DNA of 64,000 nucleotides from Lama guanicoe (GCA_013239625.1 MU057350.1:27589611-27653610); one strand, 5' to 3'; numbered from the stretch's first letter, positions 48,780 through 62,079 are shown. Numbers and translations are program-made. Notes: generated by a model not told the origin, from the sequence alone.

Positions 48780-51104
48780 ACAGAGGTTTGACTACTGTTG
48801 GTCCATTTAAGGGCAGTATTTCCTATAGAAATGTCAGCAAGGTGATTTCTCAAATATAGGGTGCCCCAGAATCTTAATGATAATTAAAGCAGCAGGGGGA
48901 GATATTATATCCAATAATCCCTGAACATAGGAGCCATTTTTAAAGTTTTATTTTTGCTGGAAGTAAAGAAGCCACATTGCTTTCACAACATTCCAATCTC
49001 ATGAGCTACTCCAAAAGCATATCTACTATTAGCATAAATATTGGCAGTTTTGCCCTTGGCTAAAGCACAAGCCCGTGTAAGAATGTATAATTAAGCCTGT
49101 TGGTCTGAAGTAACCATAGGTAAAGATGCTGCTTCAACAACATCGAGAAGAGTTGCAATAGCATATCCAGCACAATATTTGCCATTATTATCTTTTAAAT
49201 AAGAGTCATCAGTGAACAACGAGAAGTCAGTGTTATCCTTAAAGAATTTCCTGCAGCGCATCACAAGGGAATCGGGAAGTGGTACCTCAGCATTAAGCTA
49301 TCGTGAGAGACTTTGTCAGCGATGGAGGGAAGAAGAGCAGCAGGGTTAAGGTTATCACAATATAAAAGAATTCTGTGAGAAGCAGTTAACAAAAGGACTT
49401 CATAAGAGTAATGTAGCTGAATGAGAATTCTTGAGTGTGACAAGAATTCAGGAGAGTTTCTACAGCATGAGGTAGAAAAATGGTTAAAAGGGATCCCACA
49501 GTGATTTTCTCGGAGGCCTTAGCCAAGAAGGCAGTGACAGTCATGGCTCTAAGTTAAAGGGGTGTATCCCCGTTTCACAGGCTCCAGCTGCTGGCTCTAA
49601 TACCCAATGGACTGGTGGTGATCTCTGTGTTTTGGGGTAAGTACCCCTGTGGTCATTCCCTTTCTTTTCATATACAAAAAGGAAAAAAAGGAATCTGATC
49701 ATTGGGGTGCCCAAGGGAAAGTGGGTTCTTCAAACTCTCATTTGAGGCTTGAAATGTTGTCTGGTTCTTCCCATAAAATTGGGTTAGGGCTGTTATTCTT
49801 TAGTAAGACATACAGGGGTTTGGCCATAAGAGAGAAATTTAAAATCCAATTTCAGCAATAACCAACTAGACTGAGAAAAACTCACAGCTGGTGCTTAGTT
49901 GTGGATTTTGAGAAACAGGACACCATGGATCTTACGGTAGCCTTTGTTCTGATATCAGATGCCTTAAATATCAAATCTGGGTTTGAACAAACTGCAACTT
50001 TTCTTCGATGACTTTATGTCCTTTTAAGGCTCAAGACTTTAATAAATGGATGCCACCTTCCATTTGAGAAGGAGAGCAAAACAGCAAATCATCCACATAT
50101 TGCCACAAAGTAGAACCTCTAGGGAACTTTATATCATCAAATCAGCCTTCGGAATTTGTGAGAAATAAGGACTCTCAGTAAAACCCTGAGGCATTACTGT
50201 CCAGGTGAATTGTTTTCCTTCCCAAGTGAAAGCAGAAAGGTATCAGCTAGCTTCGTCGACTAAATACTAAAGAACACACTGCATACATCAATTACATCAA
50301 AGAACTGGCTTCTTGGGAATGGATGTTAGTAACATATGAGGGTTAGGAACAGTAGGGTACTGAGAGACAGTAATGCTGTTTATTGCTCAGAGGTCCTGGA
50401 CAAATCCCCACCCTCAGCCCTAAGGTTTTCTCACCAGCAGAACAGGAGTAATGCAGGGACTAACATAAGGACAATGAGGCCTTGAGCCTTGCAATCTTCT
50501 CTTATGGTCTTCATGCCTTGAAAGACTTCTTCCTTCACAAGATATTGATTAATTCTGGGAGGAGGTTTTGAGGGATCTATTTGAAACTTGATGGGAAGTG
50601 CACTGTGAATTTTGCCAACATCATTTGGAGATTTTGTCCATCAGGAGGGTGGCAGCTGATTCAATAAGTACAGATGATCAGTGTGTCCAGAATCAGCTCT
50701 AGAACTGTCAGAGTTCCAGCAAATAAAACATGTCATTTAATTCACCTGGTTGGCTGATTTGATGACTTTTGTCAAGCTCTAAAATGACTTCTCACTTTTC
50801 AGAGAAAGAAATTCCATCATGATACTTAAAGTTTTGGCCTAATAGCAGAGTAACTAAGGAGCAAAGGTGTGCATCTCTAAGGTTCTCAACAAAAGGAAGT
50901 AGGTTCAGAGATAAGTACCTCTTAAGGTTCATTAAAAATTCCCACTATTTGAACAGTTTTAGTAGGTCAAGGCAGGGCTGCTTTATAGAGTGGGGTTGAG
51001 CAAAATTAGGACTGGAAGAGATTCCTTCCCAGTCTAAAGAAATGCTTCCCCAAGCTGATTAAAATGGAGGACTAGGAAGAGCTCCTGAGATCCTTAGAGC
51101 CCTG
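48780..51104 (-). pseudogene. pol: Decayed ERV pro-pol (RT plus RNase H)
   Basis: SPCITPVLLVRKP…FVQDL*AIN; AFTWEGKQFTWTVMPQGFTESP; QYVDDLL (YVDD at 50088-50099); RNase H LFTDDS…AGYA…GKTANIYANSRYAFGVAH. Confidence 0.95.
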
Positions 51105-51885
51105 TCATTGAGAATTGGGAGGACAGTGGAAACGAAGGTTAGAGGGCTGAAGGCATCTGAAGTGCTTCCATTTGTAACAATCTATTTTCTAAAAGCTCTA
51201 TTTCTGTCTATTATGTTTATATCTATCTGTTCTATTTCTAATAGCTCTTTGCAATTACAGCAGAAACTAGGATTTGGTTTCACTTAGCAGTTTTCAACTG
51301 CTGGAGTTGAAGATTAAGAATTCTGGCGGTCTTCCTTTTAGATGACTCATCTAGAGTGTGAGAGGACTGCTTGGCCAGATTCACTAAATATGAAGTGGAC
51401 ACAGTTTTCCATTCCATCCTGGTCCTTTTGACTAAAAGGGAAAGGTCCTGGTTAATAAACATAGAATTGAAAGCTACTCATGTGGCATCAACATCTGAGT
51501 GAAGACCAGAATTTTCTCTAAAAATAATCTGAAGTTGATTGTTAATAGCCATGAACAGGTTCACCATTTTTTGTCTGTGCAAGCCTGAATTTTGTTCCAA
51601 TCAACAGGCTTTGGAAAAGCCCTAGGAATTGCTTGATGAAATCACTTGGTGATTACCTGAGCTACAGTGTATACATGTCAGTGGGCTGGTATCTCAGTTG
51701 TAATTCTAGAGACATTTCAGCATTTTCTCAATTAGTGATTTGCATTCAACCAAGTCTATGAACTAACTGATTTAAGTCAGAGAAACCAGAGTGATAAGTT
51801 TGAATGACTACATTAAATTCCTAGGCAAACCTGTAAGGATCTTCAGTTACTTTGGGAAACTCTTTGACTATGGTTTGCAGTTCAT
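51105..51885 (-). pseudogene. gag: Decayed ERV gag (capsid to nucleocapsid)
   Basis: ELQTIVKEFPKVTEDPYRF; AIPRAFPKPVDWNKIQA…GEPVHGY (major homology region); FCCNCKE…DCYK knuckle remnant; probable TGA stop at 51107-51105. Confidence 0.85.
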
Positions 51886-51900
51886 AACCCCACCCATCCT

Positions 51901-52712
51901 TATTTTGTTAAACAACTTTATTAAATTATAATTGATATACAAAAATCTGTACATATTTAATGTATTCAACTTGATGGGTTTGGAGATAAGTATACACAGG
52001 GTGAAATTATCTCTGCAAACTATGCCATAAATGTATCTATCACCTCCAAAAATTTCCTCCTGCCCTCTTTATTTATTTATTATTATTTTTGAGAAAAGAA
52101 CACTTGACATAAGATCTACTCGCTTAGAAAGATTTTACAATACAGTATTATTAACTCTAGGCATTGTGCTGTACAGTAGAGGACTTACTCACCTTGTATA
52201 ACTCACACATTGTACCTTTTAACTAATATCTCCATGTCTGCCCACCCAGCTCCTAGAAACCACTGCTCTAGTCTACAGCTCTGAGTGTGACTGTTCCTCC
52301 TCTAAGTGGTATAATGTAGTATTTGTCATTCTGTGTCTGGTTTATTTCACTTTTCATAAGGTTTTCTGGGTTCATCCATGTTGTCACAAATGGTGGAGTT
52401 TTCTCCTTTTTAAAGGCCAAATAATTTCTATTATGTGTATATATCACATTTTCTTTATCTATTAACTCATCAATGGACATTTTGTTTGCTTCCTTGTCTT
52501 AGCTATTGTGAACAATGCTAAAATGAACATGGGAGTGAACATATAACTTCAAGATCCTGATTTCAATTTCTTTGGATAAATACCAAGAAGCAGAATGGCT
52601 GCATTGTATGGTAGTTCTATTTTTAATTTTTTGAGAAAACTCCACACTGTTTTCCATAATGACTGCACCAATTTACATTCTCAGCAACAGTGTACAAGGG
52701 TTCCAAAATTTC
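51901..52712 (-). mobile_element. L1 3' end (L1MA9-like)
   Basis: ACTTTATTAAATTATAATTGATATACAAAAATCTGTACATATTTAATGT…AAGATCTACTC…GGTAGTTCTATTTTTAATTTTTTGAGAAAACTCCACACTGTTTTCC. Confidence 0.9.
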
Positions 52713-54435
52713 TTCACTCTCATTTGCAGCAAAACTCCTTGAAAAATAGTTGTCTGGAATTGCTATCTCCAATTTTTCTCTTCCCATTCTCTCTTAAGCC
52801 CATTCTAATCACTCCTCACTCCCACCCTTCCACTGAAAAACATCTATCAAGGTCAACAATATCCTCCTCATTTTACCTGTATCTTTAATACAATTGATCA
52901 TTTTCTTCTCTTTCACAAGTTTCCTGCCTTTTAAGTTAGCACACTCCCTTTGTTTCCCCTCCTCACTGGTCATTCCTTCTCAGTCTCCTTTCTGAGTTTC
53001 TGCTCTTCTCTTTGACTGCTTGATTTTGAAGTAGCCCCAGATTCAATTCTCTATTTATACTTAAAAGCTTACTGATCATAACCAATCCCATGGTATTAAA
53101 TATCATCTACATACCTATGCCTTTCAAATATAAGTCTCCAGCTCAGACCTTTCTCTCAAACTCGACACATATACACAACTGACTCCTCAATTCACTTGGA
53201 TGACTATTAGTTAAACTCAAATAATACATAAATTACTGACCTTCTGTCCAAACTGCTGTACATGTAATACCCCCATTTCAGTTGGTAACTCCATCCTTGC
53301 AATGGTTCAAGTGAAAGTCCTTGAAATCACCTTAGACACTTTTTTTTCTTCCACATCCCAAACCCAAACCAGAAGGCTCTGCTTTCTCGGGCACTTGCGT
53401 TGCTACCACACAGATGAAAGATCATCATTTCTTTCTGAGTTACTGACAGTAGCCATCTAACAGGTTTCATCAAATAAGTTAACTGCTGTAAAAAACAATC
53501 CCCAAATCTGAGTGACCTAACACAATAAAAGTTTATGTTTATCTCATGCAAAGCTCAAAGCAGATGTCCCCTGATCTGGTGGTTCTTCTGGGATACTCTC
53601 CTCCCAGCTGTACTATAAGACCCCCAGATTTCCACCTTCCATCTCAGGGGTCTATAATTCCTAGGGCCTCGGGGCCTCTACAGGAGGTGACATAATCATC
53701 TGTGGTCACACTGCACCGGCTGGAGCTCAGTCACCTGGTAAGGTTAGCTGAAAGGGATACTGGGAAATGTTGAGGAACACAAGCCTCCCCACTTTTATGC
53801 TAGTCTCTCTACATCTGTCCTCATCACAACAGCCAGAGTGATCTTCTTAAAACATAAATTAGATAATGTCACTTCTCTGCTTAGAATCCTGGGATAGCCC
53901 AGATCCTAGCAGTCACCCACAAAGCTCTGCAACATCAGGAACCCCCCATTAGCCACCTCCTCCCACTTGCTACTTCTCTCCTCCGATGCTACTCTGCTTC
54001 AGCCACATTGGATTCTTGCTATCCTGCAGGTTTGCCAGGCATGCTCCCAGCTCAGTGCTTCAGTCTGTCTGGGCCTTTTGCTTGGGTGGTATCTACATAG
54101 ATAACCCCTTCATGTCTTTCAAGTCTTTGCTCATGTATCCCATGTTAATGAGGCCAACTCTTTACACCCTATTTACTGCAGCTACAGTAGATGCCAACCC
54201 TCTTCTTGGAACTCCCAATTCTCCTCCCTTCTCTGGCATCCCCCACTCCTATTCTCCAGGGCTGATAGCCCTAATCTCCTTTTCCTTCTTAGAATGTTTA
54301 TTTGTTTTCTCTCTCATTCTACTAGAAGGTAAAGATAAAGGCAATGACTTTTTTATTTTTTTGGCATATTGATAACACCTACAATGGTGGCTGGATTCAA
54401 ATCGAAGCCCAATCCGTATTTTTCTTTAAATGAAC
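52713..54435 (+). mobile_element. L2a LINE
   Basis: CAGCAAAACTCCTTGAAA…TCTCCAGCTCAGACCTTTCT…CAGCCAGAGTGATCTTCTTAAAACATAAATTAGATAATGTCACTTCTCTGCTTAGAATCC. Confidence 0.8.
53470..53780 (-). mobile_element. MLT1J-like LTR nested in L2a
   Basis: ACTGCTGTAAAAAACAATCCCCAAATCTGAGTGACCTAACACAATAAAAGTTTAT…GGAGCTCAGTCACCTGG. Confidence 0.55.
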
Positions 54436-54439
54436 AAGT

Positions 54440-54840
54440 CAATTCTCACTACCACCTAACTTCATAGGTACAATTATTATCATCTCACTTAATAGGTGGG
54501 AAACTGAAGCACAGAGAGATTTAACAATATGCAAGGTTATCTTACTAGCAAACATCTAGGACGTAGTGGGGCTGACCTTCAAATCTTGGTTATCTGGCTC
54601 CCGAGTTCATGGACACAATCACTAAATTAATCCGCTTCTCCATTTTATATCCCTGTAGCTGTTATAATCCATATTGCAACCTCATGAGTTAGGTACTATT
54701 AGTATATATACTTACTTGACAAATGAGGAAACTGAGGCAAAGAGTTAATTAACTTGCCCAAAGCCACATAGTTAGTAAGAGGTGAAGCCAGGTTTGAATG
54801 AGACCTTTGTCCAGAAAACTTCTGCTCCTAATGACTGTGT
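54440..54840 (-). mobile_element. Two tandem MIR copies
   Basis: GGGAAACTGAAGCACAGAGAGATTTAAC and AAATGAGGAAACTGAGGCAAAGAGTTAATTAACTTGCCCAAAGCCACATAG. Confidence 0.85.
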
Positions 54841-55959
54841 ATATCTTTCTAAGAATGGTATTGCATAAAATTACTTTTAGAAATCATACATCTCTTCTTT
54901 GTTATTATAAAAATTCACAAGGTTTCCTTCAGGGCTGTTATTTTTGAGTGCTGCAAGTATCATTTTACTGAGTGAATGCCCAACCACATCAGATTGTAGT
55001 GCCTACCCCCGACCGCTTAATTACTTAATGCTCATAAAGCCTGGACTGCTGACCCAAATCCTGTGGTCTTTCCTCTCCATGGGGTAAGCTCTTAATCAAT
55101 CAGATGTTCAATTCAGTTTAATTCAACGTTTTTTACTGACTTGAACCATTTTCCAACTGAGCTCACCAAAGTAACACCAAGAACTGCCATCTGACCCGGT
55201 TTACATGAATTTCAGTCTGGATTTTAATCAGTCTAGCTTCTGTGTGTGTGATTCTTACGGTAAAATATTTTGGTATCTACAGTGTGGGAATGATGACTTG
55301 GGACATATGTTGCCCTGAGTCAGTCTATGGAGCCCAGGGTCCATCTATCAACAGTGGCACTTTCTAAAGGACTTGTCAAGAAGAATGGAAGAACTGATTG
55401 TGCTCTTTAATGTCAGTCCTCAAAGGGATGTTCTGACTAGTATCTCTTTCTCCTGTTGCTATTCAAGGTGCTTAGTCATGAAAGCATATACACATACATT
55501 TCTGTGTTGGACCCAGAGTCTACATTTGCCCTTAAGTTAACTATCATTTACTTGAGCAGAGAGACATCTTAATTGTTTCATCCCTGAAAGAGATCCTGTG
55601 TCAACAGACCTTCTAGGTAGTTGCTCAGGAATTCTATGGGTGGGCAAGCCAAGTGTGACAGTCTTTGTATGAAATCCCGAGAATGCACTACTTGCCAACC
55701 CTGCCTCTTGTATGGTCACCTGTTACTCTCTGTCTGGCTGCCTCTCTCTTTGGGAAATCCTTTTCCCCAACTCCATGTGATTCTCTAAATCCTGTTTCCC
55801 TGTCATTGTATGGATAAAGGTGGGCATGCAACACACACTGCTAGTCAGAGTACCCTAAAATCCCTGGACATAAAGACTGATACACAGGGATGAGTCTACA
55901 ACCTAAGCAACATTTGAGAAGGAAAGAATAGGTGAGAAGTCAAAGAGCCACTCTGTAAT

Positions 55960-56565
55960 GTGTGCTACTTGTCCACCGCTGCGTAATATGTGACTCCAAA
56001 ATTTAGCAGCCTCGACAGCACACATCCTAGAGTTGCCAAATGTCAGAGATTCAGGCATGGCTTAGCTGGCTCATTCAGCTCAGAGTCTCTCAAAAGACTG
56101 GAATCAAGTGTCAGCCAGTACTCATTCATCTCAAGGCTCAACTGAAGGAATACACACTTCCAAGCTCTCCTGATAGTTGTTGGCAAGGTTTAGTTCTCAG
56201 GGGCTATTAGACTAATGGACTCAGTTCCTCACTGGTTGTTGGTCAGAGGTCACCTTCAGTCTCCTGCCAATTTGGCCTCTCCGTATGGAAGTTGGCTTCT
56301 CCAGAGTGAGCAAGTGAGACAGCAGGAGAAGTAGTACCAGCCAGAGAGAGAGTGAGAGAGAGAGTGCTAGCAAGACAGAAGTCACAGCTCTTTGCACTTG
56401 AATCTAGGAACTGATAGCCCATCACTTTGGTATATTCATTCATTTAAAGCAAGTCAGCTTTGCCATCTAAAGCCATGCCCAGCTCAAGGGGAGGATACTG
56501 TGCAAGGTCGTGGTGACTCGTAGGTGGCTATCATCTGGAGCCATTTTGGAAGGCTGGCTACCACA
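55960..56565 (-). mobile_element. MaLR solo LTR, MLT1E/F-like
   Basis: GATTCAGGCATGGCTTAGCTGG…CTTCCAAGCTC…GCAAGACAGAAGTCACAG…GGAGCCATTTTGGAAGGCTGGCTACCACA. Confidence 0.8.
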
Positions 56566-58299
56566 ACAATATGTCTACATATGTGTACCCCAAGCTGATA
56601 CTAACTCATGTTAGGCAAACAAATTAGAAAAAGTATCCCCCGTAATTGATCAGATGCAACTCAGATGTACCCACGTCAAAAAAAAGTACCCCCCTCCTTG
56701 GAAAATGCATCCTTGAGCCAGGACACACGACTCAGCCAACAGAGACTACCATCTCTGAGTAGTGCACACACTATAAAACTGAGAATAGCAACGCTGTGCA
56801 CACTGTTAACTCATTTTCTGTCAAAACACATTTCTATGTCCAATCATGCTACTTCAGGAGTAAGGGCCAGCATGTCCTATTTTAGAAGAGTGAAGGCTTT
56901 GGTAGAGAACTAAAGTCAATATAAAATCATTCATTAAATGAGGTAATGCAAATGACATTTCGGAAATTGAGTTGCTAGCTTTAACGCACAAAGCAAATGT
57001 AAGGAATTATTATCCATATCTAGTCTGGTGAGTCCAACAAACATACAGCATCCAATATCATTATTTCATGTGGAACATCCAATAATTAACCTTAGTCTCC
57101 CATGCCACTTTTATTCAGTCAAGCTTTATTGAGCACCATTTTTGTATGAGGTACTTTCAAGCATATGAAGTCACGATGCCAGTAAAATAATAGTGTCAGT
57201 TATGGGTTAGCCTTTCTTCACACAGGGGGTGTAACTGGTGTAACCTACATGGACTCAAATGTTCCTACATGTCTCTTACTCCCAACCATCTCCCTATCAT
57301 CACTCTCTGAAACTCCCCAAAGAGGAGTTGTTGCTATGTTGTTTATCTATCTTTGTTGAGATGATGAATAAAAAAATGTAGATAAACTAATAGAGTAACT
57401 TTCTGGAGCAACTGTCCTCCACACAGTCATTGCTACCATCTACATGTGGTAGAAGCATTCCTTTGGGAATTACTTACTAAGATACTCATTTTCAAATGGC
57501 ATCCATTAAACAGGAGACTCTTAATGTCTTATGCTAATCACATCCTGCACCCTAAGGGAATGAACTCTCTCCCATCTCTGAACACCTCTCGCTTAGATTT
57601 AACCTCTCCCGTGTCATTCCACATCTTCACCTACGCGCAGACCATCCAAAAATGCTGTGTTTAGCTCTAAAGCTGTGTATACATACAGCTGTTAATTTGT
57701 CATTTTTCGCATTCTCCCTTTAAATAGTGTCTCCTTTCAGGAAATACTTCAGTGTCCATCCTAGGTCATTATAAATTAAGGAAAGTAAGCATATTTCATC
57801 TCCCATTCAACCCTTCCTTCCTCCATCAGACACCTCTGAGCAGTACCTGGAGGAGGAAGGCACCATATGAGCAGAGAGGAACATGGCTGGTCATTGTCTA
57901 ATGTTGTCCCTGGAAAGCCATGACGTCACAGATCTGACTCGGTTGTTTTTCTCTCTACTGACCTCATACATGACTTAAGAAACAAACAAAACTTTAGTAC
58001 AAAAATAGAGGAGCATAATTAAGCAAGAACTAAAGGCTGAGCTGTCAGAGCAGCAGCTCACCAACACGGCACGCTAGCCACAAAGATGTATGAGCAATAT
58101 CTCTTCTCACAGAGTTTTTGGACTCCTAGAGGAGGTAAAATATGTGAAGAATTACAACTCAAAAAAGAAGCTGTGTCTTAAGATGGGTCCAAGAAAATAC
58201 ATTTAAATGTCCAGAGAAGAAAGAGATAATCAGTGAGGGCTTCATGAGGGAAGTGGCATTTGATAATAATAACAACAGTAATAGAAATAATAGGAATAA

Positions 58300-59090
58300 A
58301 ATCAAGCTAACATTAAATACTTATATTATTGCAAGCATTTTTCCTGAATACTTTATATTTATTAACTTATTTAGATTTTAGAATAATTCTAGAAGATTTT
58401 CATTCATTCTTTCAACAAATATTTCTTAAGTCCCTAGTCTGTGGCTGGCAGAGGTCTATTAGCTGAGTTAGAGAATATCACTGTTCCCTTGAAGGTTACT
58501 TTCTACTGACAGCTACCTCTATAATCTCAGTTTTCCAAGAAACTGAAGTGTGAAGGAGTTACGTACCCTGACGAATGTCTCACGTATTTTTAGTATTCAA
58601 CTTAGCATTGATTGCAGTCTGGATGGCACAGAGTATTCTTAATCTCTATGCCCTTCCAGCATCAGGTGATAGGATGATAATAATTAAAATCACAATAATG
58701 TCAGTTAACATTTACTTGGGCACTTAGGATATGACAAGTGCTATGCAACTTTATACGGGTTATTTCATTTATTCCTCAAAACAATGCTATGACTGCATTA
58801 ACTGGAATAAGTTTATGACTCAGTAAGATCCTGTGCGCTATAACCAGGCCGCCATATTTTAAATTCTAGTACTTACTAGTACTTGGCTAACAGTGCTGCC
58901 TGTTCCTCAGTTTACCCATTCACAAACTGGGTGACACAGCTAGGCAGTACCAAAGAGAACGGAAGTTGTCGTACCAAGGTTTTTACTTGCCTGTTTCCTA
59001 CACTTTAAGTATCTTAGAGTCGGGGGTATGTCTCAGTACTCACTGTGTTCTGACACATTGGAGCACTCAATAATTATTTGATGAATGAGT
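58300..59090. mobile_element. Cluster of MIR and L2 fragments in both orientations
   Basis: TAACATTTACTTGGGCACTTAGGATATGACAAGTGCT (MIR -), CCTCAGTTTACCCATTCACAAACTGGG (MIR +), GAGCACTCAATAATTATTTGATGAATGA (L2 +). Confidence 0.6.
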
Positions 59091-60868
59091 CAAAGATTGG
59101 TAGGATAAAGGACCTTGTTGAAGAATTTTTGTAAATCAAAGCATATGGCATGAGCTGGATGATTTCAAGAACTTCAGCATTCCAGAAACCATTCCAGAAA
59201 GCACCACATATTGGAAAGAGTCTCCATCACCATAGGCCAAGGTAAGTGCCTGTGGCTGCATGGGAGGCTCTGGGTTCCCAAAGGAGATGGCTGCACAGCA
59301 TAGGCCGAAGGGAGACAACTGTTTCTGCTTCCCTGTTAGCCCTGGGTTTGGGCCCAGTTATGAAGAAATTAAGTCAGAAAGTAAGTTCAAGATGTACAAA
59401 TTTTCCTAGCACAAAAAAGGGTGCCCTGCAGCAGAAGTCCAACCAGAAGCTGCATTTGTGGGTGATAATGAAACCCATATCCTGGCATTCTAAACACATT
59501 ATTGAATCCTCTGCAATTACAGGAATCCATTGCTAAGAGTTGCAGCTAGACCATTTTCAAAGTTGGCGTGGAACCAAGAAATGAAGAACTCAAGCTCCTT
59601 CCATTTTCTTTTTCCACTAATGAATACTCTTTTTGTTCCAGAGTATTCCAAGTCACTCCCCTGACAATGTAGGTAATTAATGGACCATTCTTGATTCAGA
59701 TGCTGTTGAAAATGAGGGGGGACTTGATAATTGAATCTGTATCCAAACTTTCCCATTATCTAAGTGACTAATAAGTGTACATTAAATTAATAACAATATT
59801 TTTCTAGGAACTTCTTTACAGTTTATTGATAACACTCATCTGACAAAAGAGAAAATGGAGGCAGAGAAGCTCTGCCAAAGACTGGAGCAGAAAATTCACT
59901 TGATTCCTTTTGAGATGAGATTTGAGATTGGACTTCATTAAAGTTAGCAAGACCTAGATCCATCATCAGGCTCCCCAGAAGTGAGAATTAAATAATTAAA
60001 TAGCACAATTTGATGCAGATTTTTTTTAATGACTTAAACCTATTTTTTAACTTTGAATAAAAGATTTGGGATAGAGTAACTTTCAGGGTCAATAATAACA
60101 GTAATGCTTCTGATATTATTTCATTAAAAGATCTTCAATTTCAACCATCTCCAGAATACCTTAACAACAGAGATAAAAATAGGTTTGGCTCTGATTTTTG
60201 GAGTACACAGTGCAAAATCAGAGTCCAAAAGTCACAAATGTTTGGACCATACAGAAACTTATCTTTTCTGGAACTGGTCTTAGTGAATGTTAGCTAGACA
60301 TTCCCCTCTTTCTCCCAGAGGAACTTCTACACTAAAGTTAAATGCACAGGACAGAATACAAGCTGGTTTAGAAGATACTTTAGTTTAAAAATTCCTCACA
60401 TACAAGTTTCGTATCCCTGAGGACTCCAGTGGCATCTTCCTGTGTTCAAGTCAATGAGCAATATCCAGAAAAAGATGATCATAGATTTTGCAATTGTTCA
60501 CACTAAAATATCAGAAGCATTGCATTTATAGTCTGAGGGGACACAAGATGAACAATAAATGATTGCTCATAAACAAAATATTGGTTCCCATTTCATGTTT
60601 TCTCATAGAAGTACAGACAACATATGGGTCAAATAAAGAAGCAGCTGAGAAGTCTTTTTGAGGGTGTCACAGAGGAATCATACAGGAGGTACTTTAGGTC
60701 TATTTCCCGGGAGAAACAGAAGAGAAATGAAGAGACCAGAAAGAAAGAAACAGTGTTTGGGGGGATTAGCAAGTTGACTAGCAATTCAGAATGTTAATAT
60801 TTAAAGATTCAGAGATTGTGGCAAAATAAGAAGGGCCCTAAATATCTTAACAAGGAATCACTGTGGTG

Positions 60869-61105
60869 CAGGAGCTTCTCCAAAACACCAGTGCCCCACG
60901 AGATATTAATCAGTGTTCCTCAGAAATGTAAGTTTGTGGTCAAATAAGCTTGGGAAATTGTGAGTGCTATGATTCCCAATTTTTGAGATTCAAAGTGTAC
61001 TACATGTTAAGGACTCAGACAAATCTCAGAGGAAAAAAAATCTGTTTAACATTTAACATAGTTCAACCTAATACTTCCTAACTCATTTTATCATGGTACA
61101 AAAGT
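60869..61105. mobile_element. MER103C-like hAT-Charlie DNA transposon
   Basis: GAGATATTAATCAGTGTTCC…GTGGTCAAATAAGCTTGGGAAA…GAGATTCAAAGTG…AATCTGTTTAAC. Confidence 0.7.
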
Positions 61106-61128
61106 GTCCCCCTTCTCACATACATTCA

Positions 61129-61190
61129 CCTTCCTTCCTTCCTTCCTTCCTTCCTTCCTTCCTTCCTTCCTCATTCCTTCCTTCTTTCCC
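61129..61190. repeat. (CCTT)n tetranucleotide repeat
   Basis: About 10 pure CCTT units plus a degenerate tail. Confidence 0.95.
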
Positions 61191-62079
61191 TCATTGAGCT
61201 ACCTTTTCTGGATACTCATTAACCTCTCCCACTATACACAACTGTGAGCCCTTGCAGGCTTTCAATGAAGACAATGACATCACCAAATTTGCATCTGGAG
61301 TACAACATGAAAGGTAAATTAGAGTGGGTTGAGACTAGAGGTAGAGGGACCATAGCATTACATGTGATTACACTGGATAAGACACAACATGCATGGTAGC
61401 ATGGAGTGGCCAAGGAGAAAAGAGAGCAAGAATGAAACAATAAATGCATGCATGAATAAATAAATAAATGAAGATCCACACAGGCTACATCAGAGTAACT
61501 CTGGTGTTTCTGCCATGCATTACCAGCGGTGACTTTTAAGATAGAAAAGAGAAGATGCACTGTTTAGCTTTGAAAACTCGTGGTTTCTATGGCACATTTC
61601 AGGGGAGATGTCTAGGAAGCAGTTCTGGATGGGCAATAAGGAGATCATCTGGGATATGGTGTTAGGAACATCAGTATTTCATTGATTTGTGAAGCAATGC
61701 AAATATTAAGCGTTTAAAGAAACACATTATGTTAAAGCTAACTTTTGGTATGTATTTCGATCTATTGCAAGCCAAAAACTTTCAGTGTCTATTATTAACC
61801 TGCAAAACAATGAGAATGCTAAGTAGCATATGGAGCCTATAAGTCGGAAAACTTGAATATTTTCAGTTTCACTGGGAATCTAAGATTTGAAAAATAGATA
61901 GAAGTAGATCACTTAGCTCCCCATGGCTCTATGTGCCAAGGTAATCAGGGGATCACTGAAATATTCAGTGTAGCCAGTTATTTGGCATCATTTAAATAAA
62001 AACTAAAAGGAACATGAGTGAACCTCAACTTGTAAAATTTCTAAATCCAGTCAGTTTTTATTAGAAACCATAGCCTTTG

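Larger units (their letters stand above)
48730..51890 (-). mobile_element. Class I (gamma-like/ERV1) endogenous retrovirus internal remnant
   Basis: Colinear CA-MHR-NC-PR-RT-RNase H motifs with many stops and frameshifts; no integrase, env or 5' LTR visible. Confidence 0.95.

Noticed and set aside
48730-51890. Domesticated retroviral gene (syncytin/HEMO-like env or gag-derived)
   Set aside because: No env is visible, gag and pol contain many stops and frameshifts, and the protease and zinc-knuckle motifs are disrupted.
47020-52712. A single L1 split by the ERV
   Set aside because: On the minus strand the 3' piece (51901-52712) lies upstream of the 5' piece (47020-48729), which is the wrong order for one interrupted element.
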